Of a stretch of 64,000 bases of DNA, positions 48,615 through 58,406 are shown one piece after another. The stretch lies in IMG/VR virus record IMGVR_UViG_3300031418_000003. One strand, given 5' to 3'. The DNA comes from a virus. Its lineage: Duplodnaviria > Caudoviricetes. The translations under genes were made by a program, and so were the position numbers. The first letter of the stretch is position 1. Each line of letters begins with the position of its first letter. Under the pieces are notes generated by a model, which ran no database searches, was not told the DNA's origin, and saw only the letters and a program-made list of their open reading frames with translations.

Positions 48615-50207
48615 CTATTCCTCTGCGATTGGTTCGCTCAGTAATACAGAGTTGATATTTAACAAGTTGGTTTTTGTATGGGTACCAAAACGACTCACTT
48701 TAAAGAGTTTATTTGGATCCAACATCTGATGGTGACCCCAGCTACTGTATGCTTCGATCTTAGAGGCCATATCTGGCAAGAAGATCACATACATCGCATC
48801 GCCATCAAAGTCGGCACCATATTCCTTAACAGTGGTGATTGGAATACGGATAGACTTGTCATCCAGGTCACGGGAGAATTTAACAAAGAACGCACGGGCA
48901 GACAGATACTGAATCGACGGATTTCGACCCGCTGTCGCCATTGCCAGTTTGTTATCTTCAATCCATGTATAGAACTCTTCAATCAATGGATGACGATAGT
49001 TGTTCGCCGTACGGATAATGCGTTTTACCTGTAACGGTGTATACCCTTTACGATATAACCAACCGGTCAGATGTTTATCCAGACAAGTCAAACCATACAG
49101 CCACGGAAGTACAATGGTATCAGAACGACACACGCCCGATTCACCGGTAATGATAGAACGACCGGTCATAGGAAGCTTACCTGCCCCCGCATGATATCGA
49201 ATCATTCCTTTCTTACCAAACAGAATGTTCTTCTGTACTTCCATCAGAGCATCAACCAAAGCCTTCATGTTTTTACCCATGAGGTCTTCGTTCTCTTCTG
49301 CTCGCACATCATCAATCGGATAAGTATCCGCTAATGTGAAATAGATCTTGTCCAGATCCGTTTGTTCTTTATTGACATAACGGTCACGCTGATCAGATTC
49401 AACCACCGTGGTAATTTTGTTAGGTAATGGAAGATAATTAAACACCGCTTTGGTTTTGAACTCTTGCCAAAACGCTGCAAAGTCTTCACGATCCTTTTCG
49501 TTCAGATCGAGTACTTTGCTGATATCGTGTTCAATCGCTGACATTACAATAAGGTCAAGGTTATCGATAAAGCTATTATAGCCAAACTCGATATCCAATG
49601 CCGCGCGGAAGCTCTCGATCTTTGCCGCAATTTTAAATGCGTTGTTATTTGGATCCCGGAATTTCTTGTCATCGCGGATGGTTGGATTAATCCAATATTC
49701 CACTAAGTTGACTTTCGGGGACTTGGTGTTCAGTTTACTGAAGAAGATTGCCCACATGGCTGGACTGATAAAGCCAGACACATAAGCCGGTTTCTTTAAC
49801 CAGACAATCGTTTCAATCTGCTGAGACAGAGGTTTAACAACTTCATGCCCACAGTTGTCACAGACAAACTTCATGTCTTCATACATGTTGCTACGATACT
49901 TCTTACATTGACAAGATGCGACAGTGTCGAAGTTATTTCCTTCAAACTCTGTACGCAACAGTTCAATGATAGCTTCACGGTCTTCTTCAATGTTGAAGTC
50001 GAAGTCATTCAGATAAACAGGTGGTCTGATACTCAGATCGTGTTTAACATTGAAATCTTCGAAATCAGGATACAAGGGTGTATAGAAGCGAGGATCATCC
50101 TGACGTGGTGTTACCCCACTTGCTTTAATAATGTCATTAAATAACGCACTCGGAACCATGTTATTGTCCGCGTAGTTATTTAGAATGTCCGCTACCGTTG
50201 TCGACAT
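48615..50207 (-). CDS. rpoC: Non-virion RNA polymerase beta'-like subunit, N-terminal/catalytic part (phiKZ gp55-56.1-like), uninterrupted
   Basis: Catalytic GADFDGD; Zn ribbon CQC...CDNCG; GKKGMIR; GRSIITG; RNPS. Confidence 0.9.
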   Translation of the reverse strand: MSTTVADILNNYADNNMVPSALFNDIIKASGVTPRQDDPRFYTPLYPDFEDFNVKHDLSIRPPVYLNDFDFNIEEDREAIIELLRTEFEGNNFDTVASCQCKKYRSNMYEDMKFVCDNCGHEVVKPLSQQIETIVWLKKPAYVSGFISPAMWAIFFSKLNTKSPKVNLVEYWINPTIRDDKKFRDPNNNAFKIAAKIESFRAALDIEFGYNSFIDNLDLIVMSAIEHDISKVLDLNEKDREDFAAFWQEFKTKAVFNYLPLPNKITTVVESDQRDRYVNKEQTDLDKIYFTLADTYPIDDVRAEENEDLMGKNMKALVDALMEVQKNILFGKKGMIRYHAGAGKLPMTGRSIITGESGVCRSDTIVLPWLYGLTCLDKHLTGWLYRKGYTPLQVKRIIRTANNYRHPLIEEFYTWIEDNKLAMATAGRNPSIQYLSARAFFVKFSRDLDDKSIRIPITTVKEYGADFDGDAMYVIFLPDMASKIEAYSSWGHHQMLDPNKLFKVSRFGTHTKTNLLNINSVLLSEPIAEE

Positions 50208-50230
50208 AAAAAATAAACCCTATGAGTAAA

Positions 50231-50264
50231 ACAAGGACATCAGGGGTTAGCCCGATGTCCTTGT
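50231..50264 (-). terminator. Terminator of the chimallin gene
   Basis: acaaggacatc-aggggttagccc-gatgtccttgt. Confidence 0.75.
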
Positions 50265-50299
50265 CATGGTTGTTAATTACCGTTACCGGTCAGTATCAA

Positions 50300-52219
50300 T
50301 TAATACTGGGAGTACGCGCCATTCCAACCCATACCGGCAGCCTGTACAGCCTGTGACAGTTGGGTAGTGATAGCGTAGTTCAGGTAATCGTTACCGGTGT
50401 TCATCTGCCACATGGTCGCGGTGCTTGAACCGGACAGAGTCAGAGTACCGGCCTGAGCCATAGCCTGCGCGAAGGTCGCGAAGAAGCTGTTTTCCCAGAT
50501 GAAACGACGGTTCCAGCCATCGAGGATGACGTTACCACCGAACAGCTGAGTCAGGCGAGTGTAGATGTTGAACTGACGAACCTTCAGGTTTTCACCTGCG
50601 ATGGTACCGTTGATCAGACCCTGGTATTCGCTGATAGCATTTTCGTTGTTGCCGTAGTACGCGTCTTGACGCAGGAACATACCGTCGACTTCGGCCAGAT
50701 CGAACCACTTACCATCTTTACCTTGTGCAATACCACTTGGCATGATGATGTTGGTTGCTTTCAGGATTGAATCGCCCGGCGCCCAATCAGTGCGTGGGTT
50801 ACGTGCAGCACCTTTGTTAGCATTCGCCTGTGCAATTTCGCTGAACTTGTTTTTGGACAGCGCATCGAGCAGGGTCAGCAGGGTACGATGATAAGTAGAG
50901 CCAGAAGGCTTACCGACCAGGTTCCACCAGAAATCGGTGTTCGCTACATCGTGGGTGAAGGTTGACAGATCCAGGACATACACAGCGTTTGGAGATACGT
51001 AAGTACCCAGCCACTGATTGATGACCTGCGCGTTGGTGATGTTTTTGTCGGTGATGTACTGTGGAGTACCGAATGCACCGCCGATAGACTGCATGATCTG
51101 AGACAGGTAGAAGTTGAAGTTACCGATATTACCACGGTGACCGACTTCTTTGCTGCGCAGCGCTTCTGAGAAGTAGTTGATGTTGTTCGCACCGATAGAT
51201 GCGTACAGACCCAACAGAGCAGTCAGCAGAGAGCTGTTGTTGTTCAGGGTTTCGCCTGGAACAGTCAGACCAGTAGAGATTACTGGAACCAGTGGACCAA
51301 CTACTGCACCCGGTGCACGCTGACGAGCGCCCTGGAACTGACTCATTGACATTGCTTCCAGAGAAACAGTCATGTAGGAAGTTGCAACAGAACGGCTCTG
51401 TGAGCTGTTTGCGTTCTGGGTGTTGTTTTTGTTGGTGGTAGAGATCTTGGCAGACAGGTTGTACGGAGTAGGTACGCCGTCGATGATGACTTTGTGAACC
51501 GGCTCGATACGCGCTACTGCAGTATCATCTTTACCGAACAGCTGACCGTCTTTGAACGGGTTAGGGAATGACACACCTGCAACGGTCGCTTCCAGAGAGG
51601 CGATGTTGAACAGAGAGGTTGACCACTCTTTCAGGATGCTGTTGGTTACCTGACCGATCATGTCTTCGGTGCTGATCTGGTTTTTGATGAACGGTTCCAG
51701 GTTGCGAACAACTGGTGCCAGAACGATCACTTTGGTGTACTGTTTGCCTTCGATGAAGCTGTACTGAGCTTTCACTTTCTCCAGCAGCTGACCATCCATG
51801 AAGTTGGACGCTGGTTTAGCGATCGCACGCGCCGCTGGTTCGTTGGCCAGGTAGACAGATTCGGTCACTTCGGTGATACCGGCTTTGTAGAACAGAACTG
51901 GCTGAACGTAAACCACGCTACCGATAACGGTATGCAGACAGATGCCTGGCAGGCTTGGAGAGATGTCAGAAGTGATGTTCTGAACTTTCTTCGGCAGTGA
52001 CAGTTTCTGCGCTTCAGTTGCGGTGTTCTGGTTCAGCGCTTCGATGGTCTTTTCGATACGCTTCACAACTTCTTGCACTTCGGCGATGTTGTGAGTCGAA
52101 GAGATCAGGTTCTGCTGACCCAGCAGAGCGAGCAGCGGGTTGTTGCTTGACATGTTAGTGTTACCTGCGTTGTTAGAAGGTTTGTTGTTGTTTTCAGAAG
52201 CGTGGTTATCAAGAGCCAT
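50300..52219 (-). CDS. chmA: Chimallin, major phage-nucleus shell protein
   Basis: 639 aa, directly upstream of nvRNAP beta'-N and divergent from a gp52-like gene; very strong high-expression codon bias; N-rich flexible N-terminus. Confidence 0.85.
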   Translation of the reverse strand: MALDNHASENNNKPSNNAGNTNMSSNNPLLALLGQQNLISSTHNIAEVQEVVKRIEKTIEALNQNTATEAQKLSLPKKVQNITSDISPSLPGICLHTVIGSVVYVQPVLFYKAGITEVTESVYLANEPAARAIAKPASNFMDGQLLEKVKAQYSFIEGKQYTKVIVLAPVVRNLEPFIKNQISTEDMIGQVTNSILKEWSTSLFNIASLEATVAGVSFPNPFKDGQLFGKDDTAVARIEPVHKVIIDGVPTPYNLSAKISTTNKNNTQNANSSQSRSVATSYMTVSLEAMSMSQFQGARQRAPGAVVGPLVPVISTGLTVPGETLNNNSSLLTALLGLYASIGANNINYFSEALRSKEVGHRGNIGNFNFYLSQIMQSIGGAFGTPQYITDKNITNAQVINQWLGTYVSPNAVYVLDLSTFTHDVANTDFWWNLVGKPSGSTYHRTLLTLLDALSKNKFSEIAQANANKGAARNPRTDWAPGDSILKATNIIMPSGIAQGKDGKWFDLAEVDGMFLRQDAYYGNNENAISEYQGLINGTIAGENLKVRQFNIYTRLTQLFGGNVILDGWNRRFIWENSFFATFAQAMAQAGTLTLSGSSTATMWQMNTGNDYLNYAITTQLSQAVQAAGMGWNGAYSQY

Positions 52220-52306
52220 TATACAAATTCCTTATTTAAAATCAGTGATATAGATTAACGTTAATTTACATGGTGGGGATCAGATGAAATGACATCTAGT
52301 CTTCTA

Positions 52307-52335
52307 TGCACTATAATAATATAGACTTCAAAAAT
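52307..52335 (-). promoter_or_regulatory. Putative early promoter, copy 4 (chimallin)
   Basis: Minus strand atttttgaagtctATATTATtataGTGCA. Confidence 0.55.
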
Positions 52336-52490
52336 TATAGGAACATCTTTTTCTCACAGTAAATCGTATGTATACTTAAAAATAAACGTACGACTCCCGT
52401 GTATCCTTAAGGACAAGCCTTAAGAATTAGTTTACATATAATACAAATGTTACGTAATTATTTACGGAGCACTTAATGAGGTTTATTTGA

Positions 52491-53588
52491 ATGTCCTATT
52501 TCAAACTTCAACCTAATGGGTTGAACTATGCGGTTAAGCCGTATGGTGGACTGGTAAACCTAGAACGGATAATGTCGAGAAACGAAGATCGCTTCTTTAA
52601 TTATATCAATCTAGGAAATCGCACGGTTCCTAACCAGAATCCATTGGTGCAGTTCTTACAGTCATTCTCGGTGAACGTAGAATGGGATCGCGACTATTTA
52701 ATTAATCAGATTCATTCCCGTGCTCAGCAAATAGCAAGCTTGACCGATTTCACTTCTTTATACAGTAAAGGTGAAAACCATATCGGGTCAATCTATCCAG
52801 AGAGTAACCACAATACCCTGCTGGTGATTCCTTTTGGTAATCCAAGTCCTGCACAAATAAATGACTATTTCAGTATCGATTTAGATGAGCTGGTTCCGAT
52901 GTACCCAATCTACACCACTGATACTATTCAGCGTTGGGACATTATGGATCTCATCGACACACGCTCTCTGAAAGCCCCTGCTGATATTTTTACCATTGTC
53001 AATGTCGATGTCTATGCGTTAATCATCGGCTTCTACCGTTGGTTACAGCGCGGTGTAGAGTGGGGTAATTCTCCACATGGATATATCGCCAACTTTCCGT
53101 TGATGAATTGTTATCTCTATCATAACGAGTTGGTGAACTTTAACTACCTCAATGGACAAACAACGGATATTGATATCTCTAAGGGGAATTGGAACTTAGA
53201 GAACTACTATACTCAGTTAACCGAATACACTGAGTATAAGAACCGTTGGATGCTGGGCAACATCATGCAGTCTTTCACTGAGTTTGTTCAGGTTAATAAA
53301 CGAACCAATTCGAATGTACGACTGAATAAGATGGTCTATCCAGAAGCCTACAAAAGTCTGTACTTCGTTCAGATGAATTGGGTTTGGAGTTTGGCGTCGT
53401 TGGGATTGGTTGAGAAATATATCCGCTATAACAACCTTCTGGGTTCTGTAGACGGTCAGATAAAAGCTCAGTTAAATTTGTATTACACCAAAGTTCAACT
53501 GCAAAGTCAAATTAATCAAATCCCTATGCCGATGTGGAAGAAACACTTCACCGATATCTGGACACAAGTCAAAGATATAAAACCATAA
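52491..53588 (+). CDS. Conserved chimallivirus core protein (phiKZ gp52-like by position)
   Basis: 365 aa with GAGGT RBS; divergent from chimallin. Confidence 0.65.
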   Translation: MSYFKLQPNGLNYAVKPYGGLVNLERIMSRNEDRFFNYINLGNRTVPNQNPLVQFLQSFSVNVEWDRDYLINQIHSRAQQIASLTDFTSLYSKGENHIGSIYPESNHNTLLVIPFGNPSPAQINDYFSIDLDELVPMYPIYTTDTIQRWDIMDLIDTRSLKAPADIFTIVNVDVYALIIGFYRWLQRGVEWGNSPHGYIANFPLMNCYLYHNELVNFNYLNGQTTDIDISKGNWNLENYYTQLTEYTEYKNRWMLGNIMQSFTEFVQVNKRTNSNVRLNKMVYPEAYKSLYFVQMNWVWSLASLGLVEKYIRYNNLLGSVDGQIKAQLNLYYTKVQLQSQINQIPMPMWKKHFTDIWTQVKDIKP

Positions 53589-53596
53589 TAGAAGGT

Positions 53597-53626
53597 GAAC
53601 TCTATCCGGATATCCGGATAGAGTTC
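53597..53626. terminator. Perfect 30-bp palindrome between convergent genes
   Basis: gaactctatccggat|atccggatagagttc. Confidence 0.8.
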
Positions 53627-53651
53627 TGTAAATTGTTTTACATAAAATTGA

Positions 53652-54446
53652 TTATTTATTAACCATCTGCTTTGCTTTATCCAGAAACTTTAAGAATTGA
53701 ACACCGGACTCTTTACTGATGAAGATTAAGGATCGCTGGTTACCCATAATACCATCAGTGGAGATGCATACTGCCGGCTTATCACAAATTGACTGTTTGA
53801 ATACGCGCAGGTTAAGTTCACCAAACCATTCCCAACTAGTATCTATTTTTACTTCTCTGGTGTCAGTCTCAATCAAACATTTGATAGCTTCGGATAACTT
53901 ATCAATGAATGATTTATCAACAAATCCGAATGAGAACATCTCGTAGGGACCGACAATGGTGAGTTGGTATGATAACTCCCCAAAACTATGTCTTTTAAAA
54001 TCCCACCATGAGAATAGATTAATAGACCCCACTTTTTCTTTGGAGACCATTTGTTCACCGACGGCATTTTTAACAATGTAAGGCTTATCTTTATGATAAG
54101 GACCGTCAGCAATATACAATTCGAGAGATCTGATTAAACCGTTATAGCATTCCTTTCCTAATAAGAGACATGAACCGATTCTAATTGTGGAAGGAGTATA
54201 CTTAATAGCCGACAATTTGCTCTTTGTTGTTCCGCAGGCGCGAATAAGTACTTTCAATTCACTCAACACCGTTTCAGCATCCGATTTATTCAGAGATGGT
54301 GATGTTGCATGTCCCACAACAACTTGACAGTATTTCTCATAAATCAACAGATGGGAATACCGAGTAGGGTCGATATTGATGGAGGCCAGTGCAACTGGCG
54401 GCTTCCAAATAAGTGGGTTATCTACAAAACCTGTTTTTTCTTTCAT
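53652..54446 (-). CDS. Hypothetical accessory protein
   Basis: ATG 54446 with GAGGAG RBS. Confidence 0.7.
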   Translation of the reverse strand: MKEKTGFVDNPLIWKPPVALASINIDPTRYSHLLIYEKYCQVVVGHATSPSLNKSDAETVLSELKVLIRACGTTKSKLSAIKYTPSTIRIGSCLLLGKECYNGLIRSLELYIADGPYHKDKPYIVKNAVGEQMVSKEKVGSINLFSWWDFKRHSFGELSYQLTIVGPYEMFSFGFVDKSFIDKLSEAIKCLIETDTREVKIDTSWEWFGELNLRVFKQSICDKPAVCISTDGIMGNQRSLIFISKESGVQFLKFLDKAKQMVNK

Positions 54447-54483
54447 TATAAGCTCCTCGCTTATTGGGTTTATCACTACGGAA

Positions 54484-54513
54484 GAGTCATGGGCGGTACT
54501 CCCGCCCTCACTC
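54484..54513 (-). terminator. Hairpin after the DNA polymerase gene
   Basis: gagt..gggcgg-tactc-ccgccc..actc. Confidence 0.55.
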
Positions 54514-54520
54514 GATACTA

Positions 54521-56599
54521 TTAATGTTCGTCACTAACCAGACGGGTAATGGAGTCGTTCATGAAATACAGACCGGTTGAGTTTAAGACTTCATAAACAC
54601 ATTTCAGGTTCTGTTTAATCACCGTGCGATAATCCACCGCCTTCTTGATCTCATCCGGGATACCCTGGATGTATTGCAGACGTTCCATTGGGATGACAAT
54701 GTTGCCGAGTTTATCACGACCTGCTAAAGTGAAGTGTTCCTCAAGCTTGGCTTTGATATCCGGATCCTGGATAGACTCAAACCACTCTTTCAGTTTGGAC
54801 TTCGTTCCCAGATCAACCGACATTTTGACACCCACATAAGGAAGCTCTGGAGCCGGACCGTATTTATCAGCAAACACGTTTTCCCACAGTTCATGATAGA
54901 AGTACACTGAACCTGATGGATTACTGTATGCGGCTTTACCTTTCACACCCTGACGGGACAACCACTTCCAATCGCCACTGTTGATGTCGTTAACGATAGT
55001 GCGCTCCAGATCCCCAATCTCTTTCAAGATTACCGGGGCATCCAGTTTCTTCTTGTGCTCAATCGCCTCCAATGTATCCACCATTAACTTCTGTGCAAAG
55101 TCTTTGATGTTCTTGGCAATCTTCGATGACTTCAGATGCACCCCTTTGATCTCCATTTCGGGTTTCTCGTTCATCACCCCCTCCACCATTTGCTGACTGG
55201 CATAATAGTGTTTGGACATCAGGGTGGTCACATAAGCACCAAAGTAGTATTCGTTCTTCATCCCCAACATGCGCAGGTTACGCTTACTCACGTTAAGGTT
55301 AGCCGACAACTGTTGATGTTGGTCAACCGAGATCATGCGAATGAAGTAAGTCAATACCGCATTCAAACGAATACCTTTCTCACGGTCATTGGTGTACGAC
55401 TCGATCATTTCATCCACGGTGTAGATTGAGGAGTCGGTATCAGAAGTCAACACACAGTCACGGATAGAAGAAGTTACGTCAAACAGACCCGATGGCGGGA
55501 TAACTGATTTGAAGAACACATTCATCAAGTCTGAGTATTTCTTCTCAACGTGATCGTGGTGATGGTTTAATGCGACAATCTCCAGCATCGGGGTATTACG
55601 TGGAAGCTTAGACACTGCCAAGACATATTTGTCATCGTTATCCGGAGCGACATAGTCCTTGATCTCTTTCCCTTCTTCCGGTGGGTTCAATGCTGCAAAC
55701 TCATCGAAGAAACCGGAGATCACTTCTTTGTTGTGGTTAAACAAAGAAACCAAGTCCAGGGTATAAAGAATAGAGGCCAAATGCAGAGGTTGTAATTCTT
55801 TCAGGAAGTTCTTGATGACTTCCATGTACTGGAACGAATCCCAATAACGAGAAGAACAGTAAATCACACGTTCCATGACATCATCGATGGTTGGGTAATG
55901 GAGTTTGTATTTCTCCATAACGTCTTCCAGCTTCTTCATGTCAGTAACCTGGATACGTGCCATGATCGACTGTAACGTATTCTCAGGGGTGTTATAGAAA
56001 CGGTTACCGGCAATGAACTGTTCGTTAATTAAGTTTGCTGTGGACGTTAGACAACGACAGGTAGACGTCAGTGAAGTATGACCGGTCTTGTTATTGATCG
56101 GCGTACCTTCTGATGACATGGCACCAGACTGTGCGTTGTTAAAGATCTTAAAGGCGTTCTGTAATTCGTGGTACTTATCATAGAGTTCATCGTCACCGGC
56201 TTTGTGTGCCTTCTTACGAAGTCCTTTATAATAGTTTCGGTTGTCGATAAAGAGACGTGTACCGATTGAGTTCACACACTCTTCTTCTTCTGAGTTGGTG
56301 TACGCAACCATAGAAGGGGAGAAATGATAGTTGTTCTGCTGAACATGTTTCAATACAGAGGAGAAAGGAATAACGTGTAACTCACGGTCACCAAGTTTGT
56401 TTTTAATAATGACTTTGGCACGGCGAGAACGAAACTCGTCTTTCTTCTCTTTAAAATATTTTATCAGATTCGCTCTGATCTCAGATTCATCTTCACCGCG
56501 TACTTTCGCAAGAAACGTTGCGTGTTGACTAATCGCATGTTTCAGTATATTGCGGTCGCTGCTGTATTCCTCTGAGAGAAATGGTCCCACTCCAGACAT
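54521..56599 (-). CDS. Split family-B DNA polymerase, catalytic part (phiKZ gp50-like)
   Basis: Motif B KIFNNAQSGA; motif C LTSDTDS; KNEY; KHYYA; EIKGVHLK. Confidence 0.88.
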   Translation of the reverse strand: MSGVGPFLSEEYSSDRNILKHAISQHATFLAKVRGEDESEIRANLIKYFKEKKDEFRSRRAKVIIKNKLGDRELHVIPFSSVLKHVQQNNYHFSPSMVAYTNSEEEECVNSIGTRLFIDNRNYYKGLRKKAHKAGDDELYDKYHELQNAFKIFNNAQSGAMSSEGTPINNKTGHTSLTSTCRCLTSTANLINEQFIAGNRFYNTPENTLQSIMARIQVTDMKKLEDVMEKYKLHYPTIDDVMERVIYCSSRYWDSFQYMEVIKNFLKELQPLHLASILYTLDLVSLFNHNKEVISGFFDEFAALNPPEEGKEIKDYVAPDNDDKYVLAVSKLPRNTPMLEIVALNHHHDHVEKKYSDLMNVFFKSVIPPSGLFDVTSSIRDCVLTSDTDSSIYTVDEMIESYTNDREKGIRLNAVLTYFIRMISVDQHQQLSANLNVSKRNLRMLGMKNEYYFGAYVTTLMSKHYYASQQMVEGVMNEKPEMEIKGVHLKSSKIAKNIKDFAQKLMVDTLEAIEHKKKLDAPVILKEIGDLERTIVNDINSGDWKWLSRQGVKGKAAYSNPSGSVYFYHELWENVFADKYGPAPELPYVGVKMSVDLGTKSKLKEWFESIQDPDIKAKLEEHFTLAGRDKLGNIVIPMERLQYIQGIPDEIKKAVDYRTVIKQNLKCVYEVLNSTGLYFMNDSITRLVSDEH

Positions 56600-56619
56600 C
56601 TTGGTTCCCTCATTAAGAG

Positions 56620-56678
56620 AAAAAAAAAATAATTAGGTAAACATATTACCAGACCTACCGTATGGTAGGCCCAGTAAT
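56620..56678 (-). terminator. Hairpin plus displaced T-tract
   Basis: tattac..cctacc-gtat-ggtagg..gtaata; A10 at 56620..56629. Confidence 0.6.
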
Positions 56679-56685
56679 AGGATAA

Positions 56686-57111
56686 TTATTTATTGTCATC
56701 GATCTTAATTGTGTATTTCACATTCAAGCTGTTCAGGCAATCAATCAATGGCGCTTTCTGCCATTCTTGGAATGTCTGGATAATGACAGTTGCAGTGCGA
56801 GTCGTTAATGTGGTTAATGAATCCACATTGATCCAGGGGAATCCAATCACGAGGTAATCAGATTTGGTTGGATCTAACTGCAAGATAAAGTAGTTATAGA
56901 CGGAGGGATCATTGACATTATCAACGCTGTCTTTAAAGAACGGATAAAAGTTAGCGTGTTTAACATCAATAGACGGGTCGATTAACCGAGCCACACCGTA
57001 AGGTGCAATACTGTTAACCACCGCTGCCTTATATTGATCCCCGTAGATACCCTGTGTAATCATATCAAAATTGATGATGTCATCTTTCTTGATAAGGGTG
57101 ATATCTGTCAT
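56686..57111 (-). CDS. Conserved hypothetical protein
   Basis: 141 aa; ATGA overlap with the upstream gene. Confidence 0.7.
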   Translation of the reverse strand: MTDITLIKKDDIINFDMITQGIYGDQYKAAVVNSIAPYGVARLIDPSIDVKHANFYPFFKDSVDNVNDPSVYNYFILQLDPTKSDYLVIGFPWINVDSLTTLTTRTATVIIQTFQEWQKAPLIDCLNSLNVKYTIKIDDNK

Positions 57112-57794
57112 CGGTTATGGACCTCAAGCAAAATAAGTGGGAAGGTTATCAAAGTATCCCCGTGCTTTGCTTTTGATCCTGGAATATCCAAGATATTAAT
57201 ATCCTGCATGAATTCCTGTGGAAGAATTTGGTTATTGATGTTATCAAATAAGAACTCATCTACACCCGTAAGGAAAGACGACAGATAACTCTCCACCCAT
57301 TCCCGTAAAAAATTGGCCAGCTGTCCAGGTGTGAGAACAGCTTCGTTGGGAAGTTTAAAGTGGTGATTGTACTCTGGAGTAGAGATGTATTCAATTTGAG
57401 GATTCATGTTATAACAAACGTTATCCCAAAAACTCTCGACGTACATCCAGAGTTTATCTTCGCCGTCTCCTTCGAAGAGATCAGAAAGGTCATCCAGGAC
57501 TCGACCTAATACTTGATGATAGTTGTCTTCTTCGAGAAACTCTTCCTCGCCCTCAATCGCGATAAACTCGGTATATTTTACCATTGATTGGACGCTACTT
57601 AAAAAAGAGACAACGATCTTCTCTTGCCAATCTTCCAGCTCTTGCTTCTGGCGAGTTACTTTATAGTTGTTCTCGAAGGTCTTGAGAACGACATTAACAA
57701 GTTCAGTCGTCAGCGGTTCATCTTTTAAATCAAGGTGTTCTACGATACCTCCTAACAGCTTATCGTAGTCGAAGTGGTTTGCCTTTATGTACAT
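57108..57794 (-). CDS. Acidic hypothetical protein
   Basis: 228 aa; co-oriented. Confidence 0.7.
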   Translation of the reverse strand: MYIKANHFDYDKLLGGIVEHLDLKDEPLTTELVNVVLKTFENNYKVTRQKQELEDWQEKIVVSFLSSVQSMVKYTEFIAIEGEEEFLEEDNYHQVLGRVLDDLSDLFEGDGEDKLWMYVESFWDNVCYNMNPQIEYISTPEYNHHFKLPNEAVLTPGQLANFLREWVESYLSSFLTGVDEFLFDNINNQILPQEFMQDINILDIPGSKAKHGDTLITFPLILLEVHNR

Positions 57795-57797
57795 ATG

Positions 57798-58124
57798 TTA
57801 CCTGCATTGAAAGGTCATGTAGAGACCTGTACCTGTTCCTTGTAGCTGACAGATAATTTCTTGGTAGTCTCGGTTAAGGCCGTCCAGAAACATCTTGAAA
57901 CTCAGGTAGTCGGCGGTAAAGCGATCATCCATATTCTTGTTCCCGGTCTCCATCGTCATTTCAGCAGTCAAGTCACGAGTACCGTTATGCTGAACGTTGT
58001 ACGCTTCCAGCAACATGATGACGCAGTTCAACAACGTGGTAAAGGGTAACCCAGGGTGAATCAGTGTGTGGGTAAAGTTTGCAGGGGGTTGATGAGATTC
58101 ACTCATCCCGGTCAGCATGTTCAT
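57798..58124 (-). CDS. Hypothetical protein
   Basis: Start moved to ATG 58124 (AAGGA RBS). Confidence 0.6.
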   Translation of the reverse strand: MNMLTGMSESHQPPANFTHTLIHPGLPFTTLLNCVIMLLEAYNVQHNGTRDLTAEMTMETGNKNMDDRFTADYLSFKMFLDGLNRDYQEIICQLQGTGTGLYMTFQCR

Positions 58125-58404
58125 TGGTATGGTCCTTAATATAGAAACGGTTGTTCTTAATATAGAAATCTTCCACATTATCCGTATAGTTCAGTTCACT
58201 TATGAGCTCATATAAAGTAGGTCTGAGTTCTCTTTTAATACTGACATCAAATGGACTGAACCATCTGGACAGCTGTGCGTTAAGGATTTCCTCCCGACGA
58301 TGCGAGAGGAAATCCAAAATAACAGTAAAGAGTTTCTCAGTATCTAATCCATAGCGCTTAGCAATCTGAAGTATCGGAAAGATGTTGCAAGTATGCAACT
58401 TCAT
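58099..58404 (-). CDS. Hypothetical protein
   Basis: 101 aa; GAGGAG RBS. Confidence 0.7.
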   Translation of the reverse strand: MKLHTCNIFPILQIAKRYGLDTEKLFTVILDFLSHRREEILNAQLSRWFSPFDVSIKRELRPTLYELISELNYTDNVEDFYIKNNRFYIKDHTNEHADRDE

Positions 58405-58406
58405 TC

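Noticed and set aside
58135-58168. 13-bp direct repeat cttaatatagaaa (two copies, 21-bp period)
   Set aside because: Only two copies, inside coding sequence (FYIK twice); most likely a micro-duplication.
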